64,000 bases of DNA from Gemmatimonadota bacterium (GCA_020348925.1 CP070758.1:434001-498000); one strand, 5' to 3'. Shown: positions 19,856 to 30,008, counted from the first letter of the stretch. A program made the numbers and translations. Notes: a model not told the origin generated them from the letters alone.

Positions 19856-20251
19856 TAGTTAAGACTTCCATGTGACGACTATTGAGGTAGAAATGATAGC
19901 GGTAATTATGAGAAAGGAGGTATACATTGTAGAATATTTCCCTTGAACTGTTCATCGGGTCTAGGAGTGTTGCTCCTTGCCAAAACAAAGGAACACGTTT
20001 TGGGGGATAAAAGAAGGAATCTTTGCACTGAAGAACAACATGTGCTGCATTTGTTGTGCAAGAAGCAATACGGGCTCTTTAGTCTTCCACTGACACCTAA
20101 GATTTCAATAATACGGGGCAATGATGCATGAAGAAGGCAATCACTCCGTTATCGGGAAATCTTTGAAGAGAAAGTTCTCTCAGGTAGTATTATTGCCGAT
20201 TCAGACACTCAGGGGATTGGACAGCACCTTAACATACAAGGAGATAACATC

Positions 20252-20659
20252 ATGAAAACATCCATTGCAGCGATTTGTATTTTTTGTCTTGCATCGGCCT
20301 CTTTTTTGGGAAATGCATACTCAAGTATGGGGAATCCGTCTGTTGCGGCAACAGAACCTGTGAGTATCAAAATCTCGCCCAATACGATCATTCTTGAAGC
20401 GGACGTTGTATGGGTTACGGTTCACACCAATATCCCTTTGAGCAAGGTTGACTGTTCCACCCTGGTGCTTAACGATATCCCGGTGGCCTGGACAAAGGCC
20501 GACGCCAAGGGAAATCTTGTTGCCAAATTCCACCATTCCGAAGTTGAAGAGATCGTTGAACCACCGCAGGCCACCCTGACCCTCACCGGAGCTACCAAAG
20601 ACGGTGTCCTCTTTTCCGGTTCCGATACCATTGCGGTGCGAGAGACCAACCGCAAATGA
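20252..20659 (+). CDS. Secreted hypothetical protein (single beta-rich domain)
   Basis: AAGGAG RBS, signal peptide, ISPNTI...LVAKF...LTLTG...FSGSDTI. Confidence 0.8.
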   Translation: MKTSIAAICIFCLASASFLGNAYSSMGNPSVAATEPVSIKISPNTIILEADVVWVTVHTNIPLSKVDCSTLVLNDIPVAWTKADAKGNLVAKFHHSEVEEIVEPPQATLTLTGATKDGVLFSGSDTIAVRETNRK

Positions 20660-20753
20660 TTGACAGAACATCTACCGTTTTTTGAGAAAGCTCGAAGAGC
20701 TACCTGGAGAACGTATTTATCGGACTCGATTGAATAATCGATCTGCTGGAAGT

Positions 20754-20794
20754 GGGCCGCCAGAGATTTAGATCTCTGGCGGCCTTTCTTATTT
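20754..20794 (+). terminator. Rho-independent terminator
   Basis: ggccgccagagat-ttag-atctctggcggcc followed by tttcttattt. Confidence 0.85.
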
Positions 20795-20835
20795 CAACCT
20801 ATGCTGAGGGATTTATGAACTCAATGTACAAGGTT

Positions 20836-20946
20836 TGTCATTCTGAATCCCGAATCAAGTTCGGGACAGGCTCCGCAAGGCGAAGTGAAGAATCTCACTC
20901 ATGAGGTTAGAGATTCTTCGCCCGATAAATCGGACTCAGAATGACA
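20836..20946. repeat. Composite palindromic miniature element, family B copy 1
   Basis: 11-bp terminal IR tgtcattctga/tcagaatgaca; internal gaagaatctc/gagattcttc and cccgataaatcgg hairpins. Confidence 0.75.
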
Positions 20947-21160
20947 TTTCAGTAATGTTGTTTACCAAGAATCGCTCAATTTAGGTTCAAATATGTTTTT
21001 GAAATTTCGATACTGCCTCTTTTGTAATCCTCGTCTCCTCATCCTGTGAAACTTCAGACCATAGAGGAACGATCCGTTTCATGTATATGAACTCCTCTTC
21101 GCCCATTCAAATCGAAACATCCGAGCCCAGGGGATACTCTCACATTCATCAAGAATGTCC

Positions 21161-21189
21161 TTGACAAACAATACCGTGATTACTATTTT
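21161..21189 (+). promoter_or_regulatory. sigma70-like promoter for the nfeD-SPFH-hgcAB cluster
   Basis: TTGACA-N17-TATTTT. Confidence 0.45.
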
Positions 21190-21320
21190 CGCACAATCGT
21201 GCTGGTGCAGTATAAAAATTTCTATACTTACGATTACGAAAAAGCAATTGAGTCATGTGTCCTCTTTGGAAAAACCGAATGAGAAGGGATCAACCCAAGT
21301 AGAGAACAGGGGGTATAAAA

Positions 21321-21767
21321 ATGGCCATTGAGGCGTGGTGGTTATGGATGGCTCTGGCCGCCATATTTATTGTGGGCGAAATATTTACGGCGGGTTTTTT
21401 TATTCTGTGGTTCGGGATCGGCGCACTTGTGGCCGGCATTCTTGCTCTTTTGGGGCTGGGTGCTGTCTGGCAATGGGGTGGTTTTGTTGTCGTGTCGGGA
21501 GTTTTGTTTGCGGTTTCGAGAAAATTTGCTGACCGGTTTACAAAAAAGCAGCCGCCGGGTGTTGGTGCCGATCGTTTTGTCGGCAAGGTGGGCACGGTTC
21601 TGGAAGAGATCGATAATATGAAGAACACCGGACGCGTCCGACTGGACAGGGAGGAGTGGAGGGCGGAAAGCGAAACAGGTGATATCTTACCGGAGGGGGC
21701 GCAGGTAAAAGTTATTCGCCTTGATGGCGTGCACCTTATTGTCACATTCGCAAAGGAAGGAGAATGA
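21321..21767 (+). CDS. NfeD-family membrane protein
   Basis: Three TM helices, [22 protein letters not shown]-fold; adjacent to SPFH gene. Confidence 0.92.
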   Translation: MAIEAWWLWMALAAIFIVGEIFTAGFFILWFGIGALVAGILALLGLGAVWQWGGFVVVSGVLFAVSRKFADRFTKKQPPGVGADRFVGKVGTVLEEIDNMKNTGRVRLDREEWRAESETGDILPEGAQVKVIRLDGVHLIVTFAKEGE

Positions 21768-21768
21768 C

Positions 21769-22653
21769 ATGGTTCCATTATTTGTCATTGTTGCGTTCGT
21801 CGTATTAATCATTGCGGCGACAGGAATAAAAATCGTCCGACCCTGGCAAAAGGCATTGATTGAGAGGCTTGGGAAATATCAACGGACAGCGGGCAGCGGT
21901 CTTTCGATCATCATTCCCTTTCTTGAACGAATGATCAAGGTCGACATGCGGGAACAGGTTGTAGACGTCCCCCCTCAAGACGTCATCACGAAAGATAATG
22001 TGGTCGTCGAGGTGGATGCTGTGGTCTACTACGAGGTAACGGATCCAATCAAGGTCACCTATAACGTCGCCAATTTCTATATGGCTGCGACCAAGTTGGC
22101 CCAGACGAACCTGAGGAATCTTGTCGGTGATATGGCCTTGGACGAATCACTCACATCCAGGGAGACCATTAATACGAAATTGCGCCAGATTCTTGATGAC
22201 GCCACAGATAAATGGGGGACGAAGGTAACCAGAGTCGAACTTCAGAGGATTGAGCCTCCCACAGACGTCACGGATGCCATGCACCGTCAGATGAAGGCTG
22301 AACGGGACAGGCGGGCTATGATCCTCGAGGCTGAGGGACAGAAGAGGTCAGCCATTCTCAAAGCCGAGGGCGAAGCCGAGGCGATAAAAAAAGTGGCCGA
22401 CGCTGAAAAGTATCAGAAGTTAACCGTCGCTCAAGGTGAAGCGGAAGCTATATCCACCGTCTACAAAGCGATCCACGACGGTAATCCAACAAATGATCTC
22501 ATTGCCATCAAATATCTCGAAGCCTTGCAGAAGATTGCTGATGGGAAGGCGGCCAAAATATTTTTACCTTTTGAGGCCTCAGGCGTATTGGGCAGCATCG
22601 CCGGTATAGGTGAGCTGTTTCAGGAAAAATTCTCCTCGGAAAAGAACGAATAA
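21769..22653 (+). CDS. SPFH/Band 7 (QmcA/stomatin-like) protein
   Basis: [27 protein letters not shown]; start reset to ATG 21769. Confidence 0.95.
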   Translation: MVPLFVIVAFVVLIIAATGIKIVRPWQKALIERLGKYQRTAGSGLSIIIPFLERMIKVDMREQVVDVPPQDVITKDNVVVEVDAVVYYEVTDPIKVTYNVANFYMAATKLAQTNLRNLVGDMALDESLTSRETINTKLRQILDDATDKWGTKVTRVELQRIEPPTDVTDAMHRQMKAERDRRAMILEAEGQKRSAILKAEGEAEAIKKVADAEKYQKLTVAQGEAEAISTVYKAIHDGNPTNDLIAIKYLEALQKIADGKAAKIFLPFEASGVLGSIAGIGELFQEKFSSEKNE

Positions 22654-22677
22654 CATAGAACGGTATATATATCGGTT

Positions 22678-23694
22678 ATGAAACCGAAGACAAATACTCA
22701 ACAGCGCCCAACTGATATACCGGTTGTGACGCATCATATCACTCCTGCAGATCGTTGGGACCACTTTGTAGCCCATTGGGGCGTAAACCGCAGGGGCCGT
22801 CGCGTGAAACCGGGATTGTACGCCTTGGGTAAGCCCACAGGGGATTCACCCGTCTTGGTTACAGCCAATTACACCCTCAGTTTCGATGCACTCCGCTCTG
22901 CTTCAGCAGGTTTTGATTGTTATATAATGGTCTTAGATACAAAAGGAATCAACGTCTGGTGCGCCGCCGGCAAGGAAACCTTTGGCACGGAGGAACTGGT
23001 CCATCGGATCGAAATCACTGCCCTCAGCACTATTGTGGATCATCGGATTCTCATTCTTCCGCAATTGGGTGCCAGCGGAGTGGCTGCTCACGAGGTGAAG
23101 AGCCGGACGGGATTCAGCGTCGAATACGGCCCCATCCGTGCCAAGGATCTTCAGGAATATCTCAAAACCCGAGAGGCCACACCTGAGATGAGACGCGTGC
23201 GCTTCGACCTGCTCGACCGGTTGATTCTGATTCCTGTTGAGCTTGTTCATTTTCTACTGCCCATGGTAATAGCCGCAATTGTACTCTATTTTTTAGGCGG
23301 ACCTCAAGTGGCTGCAGCCTCGATCGTGGCCATCCTTGCTGGTACTGTAATATTTCCTCTCGTGCTGCCCTGGATCCCGACACCCAACTTCAGCACAAAG
23401 GGGTTTCTTCTGGGAATTGTCGTCATCCTGCCCTTTGCCCTGGCATTACTCTGGGATAATCCCGAAACGATGGTGTGGCAGCGTGCCGGTAAGGCACTCG
23501 CCATAGCTTTGGCCTTTCCGCCAGTAACGGCGTTTTTGGCATTAAACTTTACTGGCTCAACCCCAATTACCTCAAAAAGCGGGGTCGAGTGTGAGATCCA
23601 TACATACATACCTATCATGGCATGGATGTTCGGCGGTGGCCTTGTCGTGACTGTAATCCTCTTGATTCTCAATATATTAGGGGGTGTTCTATGA
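22678..23694 (+). CDS. hgcA: Mercury methylation corrinoid protein HgcA
   Basis: Cap-helix motif GINVWCAAGK in a CdhD-like domain (PGLY, VTANYTLSFD, LPQLGA, YGPIRA); C-terminal TM domain with NFTGSTP. Confidence 0.95.
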   Translation: MKPKTNTQQRPTDIPVVTHHITPADRWDHFVAHWGVNRRGRRVKPGLYALGKPTGDSPVLVTANYTLSFDALRSASAGFDCYIMVLDTKGINVWCAAGKETFGTEELVHRIEITALSTIVDHRILILPQLGASGVAAHEVKSRTGFSVEYGPIRAKDLQEYLKTREATPEMRRVRFDLLDRLILIPVELVHFLLPMVIAAIVLYFLGGPQVAAASIVAILAGTVIFPLVLPWIPTPNFSTKGFLLGIVVILPFALALLWDNPETMVWQRAGKALAIALAFPPVTAFLALNFTGSTPITSKSGVECEIHTYIPIMAWMFGGGLVVTVILLILNILGGVL

Positions 23695-23996
23695 TCAATG
23701 CATATACGACCAATACACTAACGTATAATTCAGAACTGTGCACCGGATGTAAAATGTGCAGCACGGTGTGCCCGCAGGCTGTATTTGCGCAGGAGAAACA
23801 AATTGCCCGGATTGTCAATCCGGAAAGCTGTATTGAATGTGGAGCCTGTCAGCGAAATTGTCCCACAGGTGCGATTTTTGTGGAGAGTGGTGTTGGGTGC
23901 GCGTATGCGATGATGTATGCAGCCTTGACCGGTAAAAAAGAGCCGACTTGCGGAGGCGAGGATGAGCCGTCTTGCTGCTGCTCTTCGGACAATTAG
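23691..23996 (+). CDS. hgcB: Mercury methylation ferredoxin HgcB
   Basis: CTGCKMCSTVCP and CIECGACQRNCP, GVGCA, C-terminal CCC; ATGA overlap with the hgcA stop. Confidence 0.95.
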   Translation: MINAYTTNTLTYNSELCTGCKMCSTVCPQAVFAQEKQIARIVNPESCIECGACQRNCPTGAIFVESGVGCAYAMMYAALTGKKEPTCGGEDEPSCCCSSDN

Positions 23997-24525
23997 GAAA
24001 GTTTGAGGAAATAATTATAAGTGATAGAAAAATGAAAAAGTTCCGATCCCTCTTTCCGTTAAAATTGCACCCGGAACGGAGCCCGTAAAGTTTTATTCAG
24101 ATGATTCGGAGCCTGATTCATTCATAAACTCGTACAACGCGAATCAGAGAGATATGTCTGTATTCAGGTTACGTCACATCATCTGATATGACAACCTTTT
24201 AGGCTGTGAATTTCGTAACATATCATTTATATATTTATCACTGTGCCTCCCTGTGGGATAATTTAATATTCTCCGGAGCCTCTGCGTCTCTGCGGAGAAT
24301 AATCAAGGTCAGACGTCAAAATTTTCAGTGTTCAATCCCAATAAATCACAAGCGCAGTGCTTGTATTTCGAAACATTCTTCGCGGCGCTGAAACCCTGTT
24401 TCTTTGAAAAATGGCTTTGAAACCTGCCACACGTGAAATTGTTTTGTACAATCATAAAAGCTTTATATACAGCAAGTTAGGAAATTTACACCCGGATCGT
24501 ATTGGATGGGTCAGATAAAATTTTC

Positions 24526-24554
24526 TTGACAATATTATTTCGGCGCACTATTAT
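24526..24554 (+). promoter_or_regulatory. sigma70 promoter of the HU/IHF gene
   Basis: TTGACA-N17-TATTAT. Confidence 0.7.
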
Positions 24555-24613
24555 ATGTGGAAAGAAAATAACAAGTTAAACATTCCTTTTCACCACTATC
24601 AGAGGAGGAGGAC

Positions 24614-24910
24614 ATGACCATAACTAAGAAGGATCTGGCCTTGAAGGTCAACGAGGTTACGGGACTCAGGAAGAACATGTCGGCAAAGGTTGTGGACGCC
24701 CTGTTTGCCAGCATGCGGGATACCTTGATTGAAGGAAACCGCATTGAGATTAGGGGCTTCGGGGTGTTTGAGGTAAAAGATACCAAGCCCAAGCCTGCGG
24801 CCCGAAATCCGCGGACGGGCGAGATCATTTATGTGCCCGCTCGTCGGAAGACACACTTCAAACCGGGAAAACTGTTGAAAAAAGAATTGCACAAGCCACT
24901 TGAGGAATAG
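24614..24910 (+). CDS. HU/IHF-family DNA-binding protein
   Basis: IEIRGFGVF, ARNPRTGE, FKPGK. Confidence 0.96.
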   Translation: MTITKKDLALKVNEVTGLRKNMSAKVVDALFASMRDTLIEGNRIEIRGFGVFEVKDTKPKPAARNPRTGEIIYVPARRKTHFKPGKLLKKELHKPLEE

Positions 24911-25086
24911 CGAAAAAACCGAGAAGCGATTATTTACCAATAAAATCGAAGCGTTGCTGGTGCGACAGTTTTCGTCCTTATACGTCAATAATGCAAGGAT
25001 AGAGCTTCGGGTGATCAATTTGTTAATTAAGCCGAAGCCCTTCTTCGCTTGATAAGGATTTAACCTTAGGGACATTCGTATCCATA

Positions 25087-26250
25087 TTGCACTCTTTAGA
25101 TCCGCCTCCACAACGGCAATATTATTATATTAATACAGATTCTGCTCTCAGGAAACTCCTAAACCACATGAGGCAGACGGCCCGGATCGCCCTCGATACG
25201 GAAGCCGATAGTCTGCATCATTACTTCGAAAAAGTTTGTCTGATTCAAGTAACGCTTGACCGAATAAACTATATTGTCGATCCATTATCAGGTATCAACC
25301 TTTCGCAATTCCTGAGCATCCTCTCCGACAAGCCTCTTGTCCTGCACGGTGCCGATTATGACTTGCGTATGCTCCGGATAACGTATAGTTTCCGGGCCGA
25401 CCGGGATGTGTCGGACACCATGCTGGCGGCACAACTCCTCGGCTACGAACAGTTCGGTTTGGCGGCGCTGGTGCAACGCTTCTTTGAAACGACGTTGACT
25501 AAAAGCGGGCAGAAGTCCGATTGGTCTCGACGACCGTTGAGCCAAAAGCAGTTGGAATATGCCAGCAATGATACGCGCTTTCTTGAACCGCTGGCGAAGA
25601 CGCTTCACGGTCAATTGCATAAACTCGGCCGGTGGGATTGGTACCGGGAAACATGCGCTCGCATGGTCGAATCCACCAAACATAATAGCTTTTTGCGTGA
25701 TTCCGAAAACGCTTGGCGCATTAAGGGCTGGAGCTCCTTGGACAGAAGACAGCTGGCTTTTCTGCGCCAAATATGGAATTGGAGAGAACACGAAGCAAAA
25801 AGGGCCGATCTGCCACCCTTCAGGGTCATGAACAACCAACAAATAATAGACCTTGCGGTTTGGTCGGCTTCACACCCGAAAGGTTCGCTCGCTGAAGGTC
25901 CCAAGTTGCCGCGCCATATGAGGGGACATCGTCTCGAGCGTCTTCAGAAGATTATTCGGGTAGCGCAGAAGATTCCGGAATCCCAATGGCCCGAAAAGCA
26001 AAGACAGAAATTTCCAACGTACCTCGAACCCGATCTGAAGCAAATTATTGAAGACCTGCAAACCGAATGTTCTCTTAGAGCGGAGGAGCTGAATATAACC
26101 CCCCCGGCTTTAGCCCCCCGGGCAGCACTGGTGACAATTGCCCGGAATCGCCCTGTAAACATAAAAGAAATCATGGCTTGTGGCCTCATGCGCTGGCAGG
26201 CCACTATATTGGAACCGAGAGTCAGAGGGATTCTAAAAAAATACGAGTGA
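25087..26250 (+). CDS. rnd: Ribonuclease D-like 3'-5' exonuclease with HRDC domain
   Basis: ALDTEAD, HGADYD, DTMLAA, SDWSRRPL, YASND, HRDC region. Confidence 0.9.
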   Translation: MHSLDPPPQRQYYYINTDSALRKLLNHMRQTARIALDTEADSLHHYFEKVCLIQVTLDRINYIVDPLSGINLSQFLSILSDKPLVLHGADYDLRMLRITYSFRADRDVSDTMLAAQLLGYEQFGLAALVQRFFETTLTKSGQKSDWSRRPLSQKQLEYASNDTRFLEPLAKTLHGQLHKLGRWDWYRETCARMVESTKHNSFLRDSENAWRIKGWSSLDRRQLAFLRQIWNWREHEAKRADLPPFRVMNNQQIIDLAVWSASHPKGSLAEGPKLPRHMRGHRLERLQKIIRVAQKIPESQWPEKQRQKFPTYLEPDLKQIIEDLQTECSLRAEELNITPPALAPRAALVTIARNRPVNIKEIMACGLMRWQATILEPRVRGILKKYE

Positions 26251-26508
26251 TCTCATAAAAAATTTTCTTATTTCGGAACATGGCTCGGCGTCACCTCAGC
26301 AATCCATGGAATTATTCACCTCATCCGTTACAGGCAAATAAACTTCTGCGTAAGAATCCTCTTTATTTTCCCTCCTCCTCGTTGTAAATTATAGATTCTT
26401 GTGGTTTTGTATTGTACAAAAACAAAGATGTTGAGAAGGAGAATGACGGTTGCGTTCGTCTCATGCAACAAAACCATGTGTAACCATTTACCATAGGAAG
26501 GAAATAAT

Positions 26509-28146
26509 ATGAAAAGAATCATCCTCCGTATCGCTCTCGCGAACAGCCTCCTTCTTTTTTCACTGGCCTCTCCGGGTATATCCTGTACAAACTTTCTCAT
26601 AACAAAAGGGGCTTCGGTCGACGGCTCCACGATGATCTCATATTCCGCCGATTCTCATGTGCTTTATGGAGATCTGTACTACATGCCGGCCGGAAATCAC
26701 AGAGCAGGTGCAATGCTTGACATCTATGATTGGGATACCGGCGATTACCATGGGCAGATAAAACAGGTTGGTCGCACCTACGCAGTTGTCGGTCTCATCA
26801 ACGAGCATCAGGTTGCCATTGGGGAAACGACCTGGGGTGGTCGGGAGGAGCTGGTCGATTCCACAGGCATCATGGATTACGGGAGCCTCATGTACGTCGC
26901 CCTTCACAGGGCCAAGACGGCCAGAGAAGCCATACGGATCATGGGCGATCTTGTTGCTGAATACGGATATAACAGCTCAGGGGAATCCTTTTCCATTGCG
27001 GATCCGGAAGAAGTGTGGTTCATGGATTTGATCGGCAAAGGGCCTGGCAACACAGGAGCAGTCTGGGTTGCCAGGAAGATTCCGGACGGATATATCTCCG
27101 CCCATGCTAACCAGGCCCGCATTCGCCGGTTTCCTCTGAATGATAAGGAGAACTGTCTCTACGCAGAAGATGTCATATCCTTCGCCAGGGAGAAAGGTTA
27201 TTTCAGCGGGGAAGACGAGGAGTTCAGTTTTGCGGATGCATATGCTCCTCTCGATTTCGGCGCACTCAGGTTCTGCGAGGCGAGGGTCTGGAGTATGTTT
27301 CGCCAGGCGGCCCCCTCACTGAATCTGTCGACCGATTACGTGAATGGCGTCGAAGGTGCTGAGCCATTTCCTCTGTGGATCAAACCCGATACGAAACTCT
27401 CCCTTCAAGACGTCATGGGTTTTATGAGGGATCATTTTGAGGACTCCGAGTTCGATCTGACGTTCGGGATAGGTGCGGGTCCCTACTGCCTTCCGTACCG
27501 CTGGCGACCGCTCACGTGGAAGGTGGACGATGTCACCTACTGCAACGAGCGCGCGACATCCACCCAACAGACCGGTTTCTCCTTCGTGACACAATCCCGA
27601 TCCTGGTTGCCCGATCCCATCGGCGGCATCATCTGGTTCGGGGTCGATGACACTTACAGCACAGTCTATATCCCCATGTACTGCGGTATCAATGAGGTGC
27701 CGAGGAGTTACGCTGTGGGCACGGCGACCTTTGACGCTTTTTCCTGGGACTCCGCCTTCTGGATCTTCAATTTTGTGGCAAATTTCGCTTACCTCAGATA
27801 CTGCGACATGATCGTGGATATCCAGAAAGTGCAGCGAGAATTTGAGGACTCATTTGTGGCCCATCAGCCGGAGATTGAAAAGGCTGCTCTCGCGCTCTAT
27901 GAACAGGCCCCACGGTTGGCCAGAGATTACCTTACGGAATATTCGGTCAAGCAGGGTGAGGCTGTCGTAAAGCGCTGGAAGAGGTTGGGGGAGCTTCTCA
28001 TTTGGAAATACATGGATGGGAACGTCAAGGACGAGCATGGGGGGGTAACCCATCCCGGTTACGACGAGTCGTGGTACCGACGGATCGTGGAGGAAAGCGG
28101 TGAGCAATTCAAAGTGAGAAAAATAGGCGAGGAGGAAACACATTAG
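26509..28146 (+). CDS. C69-family dipeptidase (Ntn hydrolase)
   Basis: Signal peptide then CTNFLIT nucleophile, NEHQVAIGETT, AHANQARI, PYRWRPL, NERA. Confidence 0.93.
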   Translation: MKRIILRIALANSLLLFSLASPGISCTNFLITKGASVDGSTMISYSADSHVLYGDLYYMPAGNHRAGAMLDIYDWDTGDYHGQIKQVGRTYAVVGLINEHQVAIGETTWGGREELVDSTGIMDYGSLMYVALHRAKTAREAIRIMGDLVAEYGYNSSGESFSIADPEEVWFMDLIGKGPGNTGAVWVARKIPDGYISAHANQARIRRFPLNDKENCLYAEDVISFAREKGYFSGEDEEFSFADAYAPLDFGALRFCEARVWSMFRQAAPSLNLSTDYVNGVEGAEPFPLWIKPDTKLSLQDVMGFMRDHFEDSEFDLTFGIGAGPYCLPYRWRPLTWKVDDVTYCNERATSTQQTGFSFVTQSRSWLPDPIGGIIWFGVDDTYSTVYIPMYCGINEVPRSYAVGTATFDAFSWDSAFWIFNFVANFAYLRYCDMIVDIQKVQREFEDSFVAHQPEIEKAALALYEQAPRLARDYLTEYSVKQGEAVVKRWKRLGELLIWKYMDGNVKDEHGGVTHPGYDESWYRRIVEESGEQFKVRKIGEEETH

Positions 28147-28559
28147 CACGGATCAGTATATTCTCGCGACCATTCAATACTCTTCAGGTGTTTTAAATGG
28201 TGAATCTCTTGGAAACATTTTCAACGTATGCCACGTCCTATAATGTAAACTTTCGAGAATCGTACAAATTTTCGAAAGGCAGGAGTTGTTTGAAGGGATG
28301 AAGCCTTCTTCAGAGGTGACAGTGGAGCGATCCGAGTAAGCCATGGTTCCAGAACAAAAGTATGTCTGTGAGACCCTCTGGAAAAGTGAGCGACCGAAGG
28401 AGGCTCAGTTCGATAGCGATCACCGTTCGTGTGGAACAACATGCTCGAAGAGACGCCTTATGTGAAGAACGATACCTCCGTATTGATACTATGTACCCCT
28501 TTTTATTTAACGCTGCGCCTTTGTGGCGAATAATCCGAGAGAAGAGAGGAGCTTGTGAA

Positions 28560-29213
28560 ATGACAATGAGATCTCTGGTTCTGAACCTTGTTATCGCAAC
28601 ACTTTTCGTGCTGGATGCAGCCGTTTTTGCTGACACGACCGTCCGAACCCTCACGAAAGAGCTGTCCGTGGAAGAGGCTGAATGGGTATTCATAGAACTT
28701 CCCATCGGAGAGCTGGAGGTCAAGGGATCCGGTGGTAACGTGCTGTCTTTTCATCTCAAGGTGAAATGTGAGGATCGGGACAGTGATAAATGCCGTCGCG
28801 CAGCCGAGGACATCGAACTCGAGGTGGATCAGCATTCCGACGGCATTGAAATTGGGATCGACCACTGGCCCAAGTTTCGTAACAAGGGCATGTCCCTTGA
28901 AGGTTTTCTCGAGGTACCGCGTCAGCTCGTTCTTGAGATCGACATGGGTGTGGGAGAGGTCGATATCTCCGGTATGGAGGATGACATCGAGATCGACATC
29001 GGTGTCGGCGAGGTCAGTATCGAGATGAATGAATCTGAGGTCCGATCGGTGAGCCTGGATGCAGGAGTCGGTGATGCGACCCTTCGCGTGGGGGGGAGAA
29101 CCATTGAAGGCTCGGGCTTTATCGGCCACGGCCTCGACTGGCGTGAAGGCTCAGGCAAGGCTTATATCGAAATCGACTGCGGTGTGGGATCGATTGACGT
29201 TTATCTTGATTGA
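28560..29213 (+). CDS. Secreted protein with (D/E)xGVG(E/D) beta-repeats (DUF4097/adhesin-like)
   Basis: GAGGAG RBS before ATG 28560, signal peptide, repeats DMGVGEV/DIGVGEV/DAGVGDA/DCGVGSI. Confidence 0.75.
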   Translation: MTMRSLVLNLVIATLFVLDAAVFADTTVRTLTKELSVEEAEWVFIELPIGELEVKGSGGNVLSFHLKVKCEDRDSDKCRRAAEDIELEVDQHSDGIEIGIDHWPKFRNKGMSLEGFLEVPRQLVLEIDMGVGEVDISGMEDDIEIDIGVGEVSIEMNESEVRSVSLDAGVGDATLRVGGRTIEGSGFIGHGLDWREGSGKAYIEIDCGVGSIDVYLD

Positions 29214-29253
29214 AGTTCAAAGCAAAGTTTATCTGCAAGACCAAACTGCGAAA

Positions 29254-29289
29254 CCCTCTTCCCAGATATTTAGGAGAGAGGGATTTTTC
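29254..29289 (+). terminator. Probable terminator
   Basis: ccctcttcc...ggagagaggg imperfect stem plus T-run. Confidence 0.55.
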
Positions 29290-29876
29290 TGCTCCAACCG
29301 GTATAAAATCTAAACCACTATTTCAGATATATTGATACCACCTAAAGTGATATTGCGCCTTTTTCTCAATGAATGGTGTGGTCCGTTTTGCTCACGTAAG
29401 GTTCACAAACACCTTTCAACTTCTCAAGCATATTGAGGCAACCGGGAGTATTTATACGAATCAGGCTAATATTTTAAAAATCGATAATAAGGATTTTTTG
29501 AATAACTCCACTTTTGAGGAACAGGATTGGTTTCGTGCCCTCCGGCACTTCGAAGGAGTGATCCGGCGAATAGCATTGTATAAATTTGGGTTAAAAATCT
29601 TGGGTCAGGAGAGTGAATATAAAGTTTTGAATCATTAAATATGCTTCATTCGGACCGTCCAAAGAGCAGGACAACACCAATTTCCTTAACCGGGGTTTCC
29701 TCGCAGAGATCGGGATTATAAAAACAGCATCAAGGCAGTCTTCCTCGAACTCTCGAGGTACACTCCACCAAAATCAATATGTCACATTCTCAATCTTGAA
29801 AGGGGAAAGTATATAAAAACTTGCTGAAGTATGCGAGTTCTATATGCGGAACTCAGGTGTGATATCAAAACATGTT

Positions 29877-29920
29877 GAGTTATCCACATTCTCAAACCAC
29901 TCTATTCATGTGGATAACTC
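29877..29920. promoter_or_regulatory. 13-bp perfect inverted repeat containing two consensus DnaA boxes
   Basis: gagTTATCCACAt-N18-aTGTGGATAActc. Confidence 0.55.
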
Positions 29921-30008
29921 CTCCTGGAGAAGATATACAAATATCAAAGAGAATATTTTCTCTCAGATCTGAAGAAATATTGAATGTTTCTTCCAAATAG
30001 TGCTGAAA

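Noticed and set aside
20150-20190. Glycine riboswitch-like words (GGGAAA, GAAGAG, CTCTCAGG)
   Set aside because: No room for the P2 and P3 stems, and the downstream gene is unrelated to glycine metabolism
29553-29565. GGATCACTCCTT on the minus strand resembling the 16S rRNA 3' end
   Set aside because: One base short of GGATCACCTCCTT and no other rRNA sequence nearby
29369-29638. 89-aa ORF in the AT-rich gap
   Set aside because: No RBS or recognisable domain; cannot be supported
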